Shown in pieces: positions 49,937-63,085 of a stretch of 64,000 bases of DNA; position 1 is the first letter of the stretch; each line of letters begins with the position of its first letter. The notes under the pieces were generated by a model. That model was not told where the DNA came from. It made no database searches and saw only the letters and a program-made list of their open reading frames with translations. Both the position numbers and the translations under genes were made by a program. This DNA comes from Marsupella aquatica (Eukaryota; Plantae; Marchantiophyta), in assembly GCA_973895155.1 (NCBI GenBank), contig OZ316895.1, positions 15,072,816 through 15,136,815 on the forward strand, given 5' to 3'.

Positions 49937-52900
49937 ATGGAGTGGGAACTTAGTAAGGAGAATGTACAACCTCTCAAAGCAGGTCGCAATGTGGAGGTCC
50001 TTAACGATGCTCTGAAAGCCAAGGTAGAAGGGCCTGCGCGGTTTAATATCTTCGAACAGCAACGGAGGTAGGTGATGGTTTGGTTGTTCGTTCTCTTACT
50101 TTGCCATGCTTTGATTCGAATGAAGATCAAGTTTTCATGTGTGAATTGACCAATTCAGGTGTGGGCATCTTCTATCGTCATGTCTCGCTGAGTGGGTAGG
50201 TTTGGCACGGATTGCAATTTCTGAAGTCGGGCTGGATAATTGCATATCCCGACTCTGTTCAGAACTAATTCACGGCTCTGCAATTTGCGTTATCTATTCC
50301 AAGCTTTGGAACCGCACTATTCCCATATCCTCTAGTCTGCATTGACCGAAGGACAGCTCCTCCTCTTCATTGCTTTCTTCTAGGAAAAAATAATGTCCCG
50401 GGATTTTTAGAGGAAGCAATCGGGGCGTGATACATCTTGTACGACTCGTCAACCAACCCTTCGATTGCAAAAGCAAGAGAAATTCACGAGTCTTCGCTTT
50501 AATTTTTTGTCGTTGCCCTGATGCCACCTTGCTGGTGTGGTGTGGATGGCAGGCAGTTTCTGGAGGATATTGAGAATTACGTTGGTGAAGACCCTCTTGT
50601 TCCCTGGATCCGGTAAGTGCACCATCATTGTCATGACCCACACTCGTACATTGGTGCGTCACTTTTCGTCTCAAGTCAATTCATCATTATTTAAGTGCAT
50701 GATACAGCAGACACTGCCTGCCCCCCCCCCCCGCCCCCCCCGCGTGCGCCCAATTCAAGTTTGTTGGTTGCTTTACCTCTCGAACGACTGTGCCGGCAGA
50801 TACATCAAATGGGTCAGCGATGCTTATCCAGCCGGTGGTGCTCAGTCGGAGCTGTTCAAGCCTCTGGAAAAGTGCACCCGGCAGTTCGAGAAGGAGGAAC
50901 GCTACCGTTGTGACATTCGTTATCTGAAAATATGGGTTCAATATGTAAGTTATGATCGTTTGCTGGACACATTCTTTCACTGGCAATGAATGACTGAGGT
51001 TCAAGATCTAGACCTCGTTTCGTTGACATGGATCTGAGGTCAGGATGCCGTGACTTGCACTAGCCAGACATTCTATGGCATGCTATTGATGGCAGTCACG
51101 CGGCCGTCCCAAATTTGAGATTTGAGGTTGATGGTATCATGTTGGTTATAATCAATCAAGGACTAGAACAAGCATAAGTCCTTTATTCTCTTGCTTACCC
51201 TGAACTCTTTCCTTCAGGCGGACTGCTGCTCCGATCCAAGTGATGTCTTTGCGTTCTTGGAAGCAAATGACATCGGACAAGACCATGCACTTTTCTATGA
51301 AGCTTATGCGACGTCCTTGGAGGTCCGCAGAAACTTCTCCAAAGCTGATGAAATATATAATCTTGGTCTTCAGAGGTACAACTAAGCAAGTCTCCAAACA
51401 TTAGTCATTCTATGTAAAAATTATGAAAGTAGCTGATTCTGTGTTCTCAAGAAATCTGTCAAGGAGTTTTCCCATTGAGTTTTAGCAATTGAAAATCCGA
51501 AATCCATTCTCGGTTCTGTCCTCAAACCTAACCTTGGTACGTCATTTTGTACATTTCCAGGTCCGCCCAACCTCTGGGAAGGCTGGAGAGTATGTACAGA
51601 AGTTTTCTCAACCGCATGCACAAACGTGCTGAACGTAAATCCCGTGAAGTATGTTCACTTCACTTCACTTCACTTCACTTCACTTCACTTCACTTCACTT
51701 CACTTCACTTCACTTCACTTCACTTCACTTCACTTCGCTTCACTTCACTTCACTTCACTTCACTTCACTTCACAAGATTGGGTTGGGAATGATGGTTGCG
51801 ATACCTCAGCTGTCGACGCACTTATTAAAGTACTTTGTCCTGAATCGCCAGGAACAGCAAGCACCAGTAGGCAATCACACTGAGAATGACGCGCAATCTC
51901 GGTCGTTTGGTCGTCCTGCTGTTTATTCCGGTACTCCTACGTTACTTTATTTTCCTCGTGCTGTATCTTTTCTGTTGGTATCGAAAATGGAGGGTAAAAG
52001 ATATGCTCCAATGCACCCTGCACGACAGGATATTATAATTTTCATGTTTAGTTCCATCCGTTTAGCTGGTCTACTTACTGAATGGGACTCCTGAAATACT
52101 TTTTGACACACCCAATCTGTGCAGGGCATGCTACCGGGCAATATACCCAAAGACAAAGAGCAAGACCAGGAGCTCTGCCTCCACCCCGTCCACCGTGAGT
52201 TTTTTTTTTAAATCTCTCCCACCAGGTTTTGGATCTTCGAAGATTTCGATGAACTTCAGATTTAGTCCCTGACCGGTCCTTTTATTTCAAACCTCCCCAA
52301 ACTCCTTATGTGATTGTTGGTCTCTGTGAAGGTGTGTGTCTATGACCGCAACGCTCTTCAACGAGTCCATAAAGTTATCCTCGAGATTTGAACTAGTTGA
52401 AGAGATTCTAACTTCTGTCAATAAGATTTGGTGATTCGTTGATTTGCAGATCTTCTCGATCAGGGAATGCTGCGCTTTCTGTCTTCGTTGATCCACAGTT
52501 TGGAGGACCGCCTACCCTTGCATCTCAAGAAGTTGGTGGCAGATCAAGTCAATTATCTTCCTGGACTCACTTGGCAAGTGCTGCTGACAAAACTAAGGAA
52601 AACGCCCAGCAGCCCACAAGATGGAGTGACGTAAAGGTGTGCAAGTTTTCTCATGACTACCCTACTGGTTGGTAGTGATTGGCTATCTAAAGCCGTACAA
52701 GATTGCTTAGGAGGGTGTAGCAGCACTCTAAGCTGGCGTTCTAATCATCCTGCTACCTCTTGTTCCTCCTGAGATACAGATAGGGCAGGAAGCTCATGGC
52801 CAGCATGGCTCTCGATCGGACCTCAATATCTTGGTTGATGAGGACTTTGCAGAGTGAGTAATTCATTGTCATAATCGGCACTAGCCTTCAGAAGTTTACG

Positions 52901-55900
52901 GACAAGTATTATTAGGGCGGTGAATCTACTTTGCAGAAGTCTAGAACAGATAATTTTTGCGCTATCAAAGCTTTCGTAGTTATGCTTTGTATAAAGGAAT
53001 AGCTATGGTTCCCATGAATTTTTAGCTCGTTACTCAGAGTAGTTTTTGGTCAAACTGAGCTGCTGTTGGCACTCCACACCCTTGTTTGTAGCTGACATTC
53101 ATGTTGCTTCATGCGTATGCTCAAGAATTCATATAACCTGTTTTTCATGCAGAGTGTATAATCATAAACCACAGATAAACGTTACGAAGAGTTCCGCACC
53201 AAGTCTGAGACTGAGGCTTGATGACATACAGAAGACCAAAAGGTTTGCAGCTAGTTCATATGCTTAATTTTGGATAATCTGACTTGTAGAGTAGTGTCAA
53301 GGCTTTCTACAAGTAACTGTGGGCAAGATGTTATGCACGACTTACCCCTTACGAAATACATCATCCAGAATGTTATTTCCTGACATTGACTATTGTCACT
53401 TTGAATGACAGGCATTCACTGGAATTGAAAGGCTCATTTCCAGAAGGAATTTGCGTTTCCACCACTTTGAATGACAGGCATTCACCGGATTCAAAAGGCT
53501 CATTGCCAGAGAGACTAGGCGCTTCCACCACGCAAGGCTCTAACCAGTATCTTTCCGAAAGCTCGAGTGAGTTACTCTTAAAAACTGAGAGCCACATGTT
53601 TTCATTTTAAGAAGTTCGAGATTGCCCGCTACATTGACAGCGACTAAGACTTGAAATTTGGACAGGAAATGTCTCTGTCCAAGATGGGGCTTCTCAAAAG
53701 CCATATCAAGAACCTGTGTCTGGATACGACACATCTTTGCTCACAGCAAATGGAACAGAGCAGACCTTCGAGGAATTTCGATTGCAAGTCTGGAATGAGA
53801 GAAACCACAAATTGCATACTGAAAATAGAGAGAACACACCAACTGTTGCCAATACAGAGAAGTTCTTAGACTCACATACTTCAGCGCACCCAAGTTTCAA
53901 TCCAGACACTGATATGGTGAAGAGGGAGTCTCGCCATTCTCCCGGATTCGAATCTATAGCTGGAAATGCCACCAAAGTGTTCAACGGCACTCCACAGCCT
54001 TCATCCAGTCAAAGAGTATATGCTGATGATTTGAATCACAGAGCGGGTCTTTTGTTGCCGTTTTCAAATCAACAGGGAGACATGGACGACGTGATGAATG
54101 CTGATGGTGCTGCCATCGTTGTTTGTCTATCAAGGGAACCGACTGCAGCGAAAGAAGACCCACTGACTGATAATGAGCTTCAACCTCAAAAAGAAATATT
54201 TGCTCCCTCTCGTCCTGACCAGCAAGCTATTGTGCATATGAATTCCTTCACATTGCAAGGGGATGAAACGGTTGCTATTAAACGCTTTGCAGAAGAGGTT
54301 ATAGTTCTTGGTTCAGACCCTAAGGTGAACAGCATTGACACCGTGAGCCATCATGGCCTTGTCGAACCGACCATTAACACCAAAGAAGCGCTAGCAGACA
54401 TTCTTGACATGTTCAATAAGCCTCTAGATTGTGACAATGAACAATGCAAGGTCAGGAAACCCAAAGACCCGAAGAAACGATCGAATAATCCTCGCGCGAA
54501 GTCAAGTAGCTTTGAGATATTCGTCGACGACGATTTAGACATGCAAAATGCTCCTCAAACAGATATTACTGAGAAGCGAGCCAAAGCAGTATCTGGAAAG
54601 TCTTTGGCTGATCCTGTAGTTCAAACGAGGGGTTTCCATTCATTTGCGGATGAAAATTCAGGTGTGCAACTTTTCTCTGGTGATGGCGAGAATGGCAGGG
54701 TCATGGGTATGCCCTTGGACTCAATTGCTAGATCCTCTGGTTTTGATGTATATGTGGATGAGGATCTAGCGGTCCACGGATCCTCTGATTCCAAGAAGAG
54801 TATGGGAAACCACGGAGTAACATCGAATAGCTCCTCACTGGGCCCTGTACATCAATCACGCGGCTTCGATATATTTGTGGATGACGATTTACAATTGCAT
54901 GGGACCCGTAGTTCCAGCAACACTCAGAGAGAGTCCAAAGCAGCCATCGGCGCTGCCTTAGATCCTGCTTTTGGCTGGAGTACCTTTCAAATATTGGCCG
55001 ATGATGATTTGATCATGAAAGGGCCTTTGCAACCGGCCAAAAATGATGACTATGGGACCTTTCAAATCTTCGATGATGACACTTTGGCTTCAAAAAGTCC
55101 CTTGCAACCTGTTAGAAATGAGGAATCCAGTACCTTGCAAAGTTTTGTCGACAACGGTTTGGTCATGAAAAGACCTTCGCAGCCTACCAAAACTGACCAT
55201 ATGTTCACATCATCCATGATTGCAAATGCGTTACGACCAAGCATTGGTGTCGATGATGAGTTGCGAGACCTGTCCCTGAGTTCACACAAGGTGGACAGCG
55301 ACAAATGTGAATTGGCGGGGAGCTCCCCTAAGGTGGAGAGGAAAAAGGAGGTAATACCATCAATCTATAAATCTATCGTAGGACGCAGATTCAGGGTGCA
55401 GCATCTGTGAGGTCGTGGTCTGGGCTCCCTCCCTTTTGTGTATGACTTCAAAATATCTGGACTGATGCTGGCCTTTGTTATAAAGATAAAAGAGGGAAAC
55501 TGACAAGTTCTTTGGTTATAGGTACATGCTACAGCATTAAGGATGACAGTGGATCCTTGGGATGAAAGAAATCTACAAGATCTTCTCATGAGGCTCAATC
55601 CCGACTTGAGGCGATATGAGGTAAAATGACCGTGGTCTTTTATGCTGGGCTCTTTTTTAGAGAACGAGAAAAGGATGTAAGAGAAGGCACGGTCATCCGT
55701 TAAAAGTGCGGAGTCGTTGGATATGTTTAGCCCCATTGTAAATATAGTTGCATCCGCTCTGATTGTGTTGCAATGACTTTCTTACCACCGAAAGCAACTA
55801 GGGATCGTCACAATATTCAAGCACATTTATCCTCTCAGACTACACAATCGCTTGCGCACATGGCTGATCATCGGCCACTTAATCAAATATGATATCTATC

Positions 55901-58900
55901 TTAAAACTCGTTCTATCTATCTTTGGTTCGAACAGGGTTTCCTCGAAAGCAAAGAAAAGTATAGCGGATCGATCCCTCTTTCAGCTCTTAGAAGCAGCAG
56001 CTGTCGTAACAAGATACTTCAACTGGGTGAGTATTGTTGTGATGGTGCTCTCGTAATTCGGGTCATCTGTTCAATGCAGAGATTTCTCTCTTCAGTCTTA
56101 CTTTCACCTTACCAACACAGCACTTGCCAAGTATGTATTTCTGAGTGTTTCTATCAATTTACATAATTTATTACTCAGTGCTATTTCCTTTTAAAATCGG
56201 CCATACTGAAGGTTTGCTGAAAATTAAAACCCATCCCGTTGGGAATTAAGTGCAAAATTGGTTGCAATGAACTTGACTACTCCCAGAAGATGGTCTAGAC
56301 TATGTTCGTTTTGTGATTGTCGTCATTGATGCCCATCAAAACATGAGTCTTTATTCCTGTGCGTAAATTGTATGCTCAACAGGTAGCAGTACATATCGTC
56401 TAAAAGGATGTGTTGGGCAAGGAGCATTTGCCCAAGTCTTTGAAGTCGAGGATGAAGACGATGATCTTTGTGAAAATGCCACCAAGCTAGCTCTCAAGGT
56501 TCTCCCAAAACATTGATATTATGGTCATAAGATTAAAGTTTTGTAAATCTTCTCGACTACAGATATCCAGGCTGACCTGTCCCAAGTTGTTGTTCCAGGG
56601 TAATATCAGTGAGCTGAGAAGGATGTAAGTGTGTTGCCTTGAATTGATTTATCTCTGTTAGACAGGACTGTCTAAGAAGGTTCCAACATATGGTGCATTG
56701 AAAGACCTTTCTCTCTGGGAACGACTTTCTCAAATGTAGAGGATCTACTGGTTGTGCTGCGCAGTTCCAAAAGCCTGCTTGTCCGTGGGAGTTTTACATC
56801 TATCGCCAGCTGGATATGCGAATCTGTAATGGGGATGTAAGTGTGGTATACTTAGTTTTTTGCGAGCCAGAATTAGGGAGACTGGGATTTTCACTCTGAA
56901 CTTCACTATTATATACTTCTAGACCAGACGAGTCCCTTGCCTTTTCTGAATCACAGGTTTCATATATTGCTTGAAACTTTGAAGATTTCACAGAACAAAA
57001 TTTTTGTGCAGAGATGCTACTATGGTCAAGTGCGAAGGTTTCATCTTTATTCTGATTCTAGCTTTATGATTTGTAACTATGGGGACAAGGGCACTCTTCA
57101 GGTACACACTCCACGAAATGTATCCACATATTGCATAACTTCAGTTCTCAGCTCGCAAGTGATTTTATCTCCTTTACTTTACAAGCTAGTTTGTAACTGT
57201 TCTGTTGCTAATTGCAGGATGTTGTCAATGCCTACTTAGCAATGGGTCAAAGGATGGATGAAAAATTGTGCATGTTCTACACAATAGAAATGTTGCGTAT
57301 CCTCGAAACTTTGCATGCAGTGGGGATCATCCATGGTGACTTCAAGCCAGACAACCTTCTGATTCGGGACGACAGGTAACAAGATCTGTTCCCACTAACT
57401 TTTCAAGGGAAAATTACGAAATTACCCCCACAAGTTACCACATTTGCCATAATGCCCCTAAAGTTTGTGAAATTACAAAAGAGTAGAATACTATATAGAC
57501 TATGATCGTTTGCAAGTCAACAAAGAGCCAGGGCCACTCTGAAGAACAAGGGACACCTTCGCCTAGTCTAGACATTGCAGGGTGTTTTTGCAAATTACAA
57601 ACTCTAAGGATATATACGTAAATTTGTTAACTTGTAATTTTGGTAACTTTGTAATTTTCCCTTCTTTCAACCCAACTCCAATGAAATGCTATCGGAAGTC
57701 ATTCTGTAACTTGTCTGGAACTGGGCAATGCAGTGATGAACTGGTGGACGAGTGGACCCCTGACCGCCGTGGTTGCTGGAAGGCACAGGTAATGTTTCAA
57801 TGACGTGGTGGGAAGGGTCATCATGTGAATCCCAAGAGCAATCAGGGGTCCCCTTCATTTAGATGCCCGACCATTAGACATTCACGTCGATTTGTCTCGC
57901 CATCTCAAGTCATGTGTTTTGTGTGCAGGGTCTATCCCTGATAGACTGGGGCCGAAGCATTGACACAACTCTTTATCCAGAGGGCACCCTATTTATGGGT
58001 GATTGCAAGACCGACTCTTTCCGATGTCCAGAGATGATAGAGCATCGTCCTTGGAGTTTCCAGGTGCATACTTACTGTGTGACCCAACAAACTCTTCCAC
58101 CATGTCATTCTTGTTACTCCTTGCTATTGTTTTTAAAGACAAACCTATGAACACTTCACAAGTGCATAATTATGTACGTGACTAGGGCAATATGACTTTC
58201 CATCTGATTCTCATGGTAGGGAGGTACATGCAGGGGACACCTGCATAATTGCATAACTCAATACTCCATTACATTTTCATATTGCATTTGCGATTAATTC
58301 TGAATTTACATGCTCAATAAATTATCCCAAGTTCACTTCTGGCCACCGTCGTAAGTTTAGCAGATTAGACTGCAGTAGAGTAACCAAGACATTTGTACGT
58401 TGAGTTCAGGGTTGGCAGTCAGGGGTTAAAATATGGAAGCAAATTGTAGCGGAATCTGTACAACCAGTACACGAGAAATTTTGTTTTTAGACCGACTGCG
58501 TAGCCACGTTGCGGGGGTATAATGTGAACGAATAGTTCGATTAATACGTTGGTTTGTAATCTTGTGCAGGTTGACACTTTTGGACTCTGTGGTGTAGTTC
58601 ATTGTTTGCTCCACGGGAGCTATATGCAAATAGAGAAAGCTCAAACAGTAGCTGGGCAAGATATCTATCGACCCAAATCTCCATACAAACGGCAAGTTCG
58701 TCCCCCACCGCGTCATGTCGTTAAGCATTGAAATGGCATCCTTAGGCAGTTGCATTTTCCTTTCCGTTAGGCAGTCGTATTACAACGCCTTTACTATTTA
58801 TTCTTGGGTGACTGTTTCGACTACCACGTCCCTTGCTACAGACAGGATTTTGCCTGAGACTTCCCAGTTTTGGAGATCGGCTTGATTGCAGGTACTGGAA

Positions 58901-59078
58901 GGTCGAGCTCTGGCGGGGATTTTTCGAGACCCTGTTAAATGGCAACGGATTTCCTCAAAATATCCCCTTAGGTGCACTCCGTCGGAATTTCGAAAATCAT
59001 TTGAGAGATAACTCATTGGGGAAGAAGGTCAAAGGGCTGCTATCAAAACAGTCAATCATGATGTTCAGCCGTAGGTGA
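49937..59078 (+). CDS. BUB1: MadBub / BUB1-BUBR1 spindle-checkpoint kinase, about 20 exons
   Basis: MEWELSKENVQP (KEN1), TPR region (GEDPLVPW, DIRYLKIWVQY, IGQDHALFYEAYA, AQPLGRL), KEN2, CDI-like EPTINTKEALADILDMF, kinase GQGAFA, ALKVQKP, HGDFKPDN, LIDWGRSID, DTFGLCGVVHCLLHG; stop at 59078. Confidence 0.93.
51654..51773. repeat. (TTCAC)24 microsatellite in a BUB1 intron
   Basis: 120 bp, one variant unit; begins 5 nt into the intron. Confidence 0.97.
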
Positions 59079-60414
59079 GGCAGAATGGTTTCTGGTCTTC
59101 CAGAGCAGTGCATTCAAGGTATGATCAACAAAAATCAGTAAAATAAACGTCAAATGTACAATGAATGTTATGTCCTTGTTGTATTTGATATATTTCATAT
59201 CGTAAGGCTACAACGGGCAATTCAACCGTAAAGAATGTTTTGCTGTGAACCAAATTTCACGAGCGACCTTCGTGACGGAAGAGATGGAAAGTATTTGTAA
59301 TACTGTATCATAAGGAAAGCAAGAAGCATAGGGGCAGAGATTTTGTGTTGAATCCAGCATGTGGAGTGTTGCAATTGTGTACAATTCTGGGGTAAATTTC
59401 TATTAAGTTTGACAGCCTGGAATGGGTAGTAGTTTCCCGTGTATTTGTACTGCTACGATTACCCTAAAGTTAGCTGATTATTTAATAGTAATCTGCAATG
59501 GAAGACCTTTGACCAAACAGTTTTTGCATAACAAGGATGTCCAAAATAGGGGAGCTGCTTCAAGGCCATAGCGTTGACATTCTCCCTAACTCCTGCTTTC
59601 ACTCCAGAGACATGAATTTATTGTAACATTGAATATATTAGTATATTCCTTTTATGGTTACCCACACATGATGGTGTACCTTTAGGTCCTAAACAAAGTT
59701 GTCTTACTCTCACAAACATCGTTTGCTAAAGAAACCATGTCACTAAACTGGAAGTAAAACATTTTTTGGTCTACTCTGTTTGAATGCTTAGTAGTACATT
59801 CCTAATCAAAAGACCAATATTAAATGTAGGATTTTAATTGAACGAAGTACTTCTGCCGAAACTTTAATTGAATAAGATCGACTCATGTTTTAATTGATTG
59901 CAGTTTTTCAACTTTCCTGATAAGTTCAACCAGTAACAGAAGAGGGATGAGACCCAAGTCAAATAGTCTGATAGATAGTCCTATGTTGTGTCTTGAGGCA
60001 ATTTTGGGGATGGTCGACACCTGGTCAAAGAAGCCATGGCAGAAGTACTTAGTTCCGTTCAAAATAAGGCATCACAAATGAAGAATCCTCCATCAAAATT
60101 GAAAGACTTATTTCAAGCCATTATTAAGATGACTCAAACTTATGTCCTGTGACTGGCTTCCAATTGAGTACCTCATTTCTAAGGCCAATAGGAGTGCCAA
60201 TTTTATTACAAAGTGAATTACTTATACAACTGGTGTAGGAAAAGTGGCCAGGATAATTTATCATGCTTCACAAAGAGTGGAGGACTATGGCAACCAAGAT
60301 GGACCTTTCTCAAGACTGAATTGCCACTATCACAGGTCCTCACAAAGCAGGTTAATAAGGGGCCCCCCATCACCCAGTATGATACCATATATACTGCTCA
60401 ACTTTGACAGCTTG

Positions 60415-60697
60415 AGTGACTTGGCCCACAGTTAGCACACTTGGCCACAAGCAAACAGGTGAGAGGTTTGAATCCTGGATTCTGCCTTGTCTCTTGTACA
60501 CGTATAGCTGTAGTGGTGGAATAGAAGGGCCCTCCCACACATACCCCTTTCAAGTTTGTCTGCAATTTGCCCATCCTAATGGCCATGGGCGTCTCTCAAC
60601 TGAACCCCCATCCTCACCTGTGGGTTCCCCTGGTTTCCTGGAGCCCCTATAATTGGCCTTGGGTTGGTAGTGGCTCCCCATGATCATTGAAAAAATC
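60415..60697 (+). mobile_element. Possible degenerate SINE
   Basis: tRNA-like head with B-box-like ggtttgaatcct (about 60465-60476) and short A-run at the 3' end; no TSD seen. Confidence 0.3.
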
Positions 60698-61624
60698 TAA
60701 CTCTTACTGCACTGTAGTGGAAAGAAAAAGATAGGCATGCAATGCCCTGTTGCTGTGTGAACTGCCCATTCTATAGTTATTTTAAAATTTGTATATTCAC
60801 AAAACTATAACAAGTTCAATATTAGCTAGACAAGATCCCCTTTAAGTAGATATTGTGTATGATTGTGGCACCTCGAGAGTACAATGGCTGTGGTGGTTTA
60901 AACTAGAGTTGGGCAGGTATAGGGCTTTTCTGAGAAATGAGAAGCAAATATTTCCTATGGGTTGGAGGCTTTCTGTGTAACAGGGCCTTGGTATACCCCA
61001 CTTTTGGGTATGTCTGTGTAAGAGTCTATTACAATAGGTGCAGGAACTTTGGAAGCTGAGTGCAGTAATCGAGGTGTACCAAGTCAAAAGTGGGAGTTCC
61101 TGCAAAGGAAGAGATTCAACTTGTGACGACAATTTTGAGGTGGTGAGGTACTTGGTCAGGTACTCTACAATTGAGATGGTGAACCCTACATTATGAAATA
61201 ATATGCACTTGGCTATGCCCACAAGTATAAAAAAGCTAATAGTGACTTGGCCATTTGCATTACATGAGTGACAACTAGTTTCACCATATATCTATTTCAT
61301 GTTAGAGACTTCAAAGGAGATTCAAATGCTATCTCACCCTGGCCCACTCACCTCTTATTTGATCAGAAGTTGAAGCTCGGATGAGTAAAGGAAGTGAACC
61401 AACTCTACATAGATCCAACAATCATAATGTGATTGTACAAGTTAAGTACAACATTTCTGCTAAGCTAACACTTCCCAATTTGGCATAAGTGTCACCTGCC
61501 CATCATAGAAGATGGTAGAGTGATGGGTGCTTTAATTGATATATATATATATATATATATCATACTGTAAAAAATAAAAATAAAGGTGCCCAACCTGGAG
61601 ATGCAATCCCAAAGGCAAGAGACC

Positions 61625-61930
61625 TAAATAAAGGAGTAAACAAGGATTTGCCTTGAGTGAAAGCTAACCCAACCAATAGAGGATAAATGATTGACTCCGG
61701 GGGCTTTGTAGGGCCAGAAGGGGATCATTCCAACAGGGACCCAGACCAGGAGAGAGAGGGTTGCCCCAAAACAGGCCAGCCGGGGGCTGAGGAGAAACCA
61801 GGACACCCACCACTACTCCCCATCCACACACACACATAATACCCTCGACAACCCTTGGAGGTGGAGGGGGAATTGAACTTGGGACCTCTCGGTTCTAGAC
61901 CAATGTCCTGGCCAATTGACCAAAGCAAGT
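61625..61930 (-). mobile_element. Probable tRNA-derived SINE
   Basis: Minus strand tggtcaattggccagg..ggtcccaagttcaattcccc has A-box and B-box at tRNA spacing, followed by an unrelated body; ends uncertain. Confidence 0.5.
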
Positions 61931-62247
61931 TGGTTGTTAGCAAGACCAATTACTTTAAGGTCATGCATACACATAATATGCTCCTTGTCTTGGTACTCTT
62001 CTTCATGTGTAGATTTTAACTTATCATTATGAGCTTTTCATTGAGACAATATTGCTCATAATGGTGGACTTGACATTTAGCTACGCTGCTATATATCAGG
62101 TCCAATTATGAGTGAATGCAGGACCTGAATGTATGATCAAACACATATGGTACCCTGTACGATTATAGGGTCTTATGTAGGTCTTCTGTATTTCTCCTTG
62201 CATACATGGGTTGACATATGGTTGTCCTACCTTGTAAAGGGAACAGT

Positions 62248-62418
62248 AGGGCATGTCAAACCATTGCCACAAGCAAAGTTCTATGGTCCAAAAACATTCA
62301 GTCATAAAATTCTTGTGGGACTTGTATTTAGGTAGCCCATAAGGACTTACGTCCTGGCCATGAAACAGTTTTAATGGCCATGTTGTATCTGAGTTATGAC
62401 GCTCCTTTGACACGCCCT
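62248..62418. mobile_element. MITE of the same family as 47616-47788, TSD AGT
   Basis: TIR agggcatgtcaaa/tttgacacgccct, 171 bp, internal ggtagcccata and gtcctggcc shared; AGT duplicated on both sides. Confidence 0.85.
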
Positions 62419-62819
62419 AGTAGGGTGTTTCAAAGCCTGATGTTAACAAGATAAGGCACTCCAATAAAGATAGTATTACGAGAACTCTCATAAAAATTAT
62501 GACTTGATCTTCAGCTACCATAAAGCAAGCTTGCAGGTCCAACACTTAACCCGTAACTACCCAAAACTTTAGGTGCAAATCCATAAATCCAGGACTCCGG
62601 AAAACCGCAATTGAAGGCACGTGGGCTTTGTGCCTGATGTGGTGGTGGTTGCTGCATTTGAGGTGACAGCTGATCAAGAATGGAATAAAAAAGAATAAAG
62701 GCTATGAGACAGGTGACACCATAACTCCTACCTTATGGGGCAGGTCAATGCTACCTCTCTCCATTTTTAAAATTCCATAAGTGGGTCCCATATAACCACA
62801 GTTATGAGATATACCATAA

Positions 62820-63085
62820 ATGAGTAACTTTCACTAATGACTTAGTTTTGAGACACCCTAGTATGCTATTAATAATATAAGTAAAGCCCTGGTATGTCCT
62901 TAATACTATAAGTAAATGGGTAACTTTCACTAATGACCAGGCTTTGAGACCCCATAGTATGCCCTTAATCCTACAAGTAAAAATGCTTTGAGACTCCCTA
63001 GTATGACCCCCTAGTATGCCCTTAATCCTACAAGTAAAAAAGCTTTGAGACCCCAAGTATGCCCTTAATCCTATAAGTAAAAGCT
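62820..63085. repeat. Degenerate tandem repeat
   Basis: Units of gctttgagacccc.agtatgcccttaatccta(c/t)aagtaaaa repeated about 4-5 times. Confidence 0.75.

Noticed and set aside
51547-52094. ORFs with (FTSLH)n peptide repeats
   Set aside because: Translation of an intronic TTCAC microsatellite.
37572-59078. Misato plus BUB1 as a functional mitotic gene cluster
   Set aside because: Two genes separated by TEs and an unrelated enzyme; no evidence beyond proximity.
61865-61930. tRNA gene
   Set aside because: A/B boxes are present but no complete cloverleaf or acceptor stem; better explained as a SINE head.
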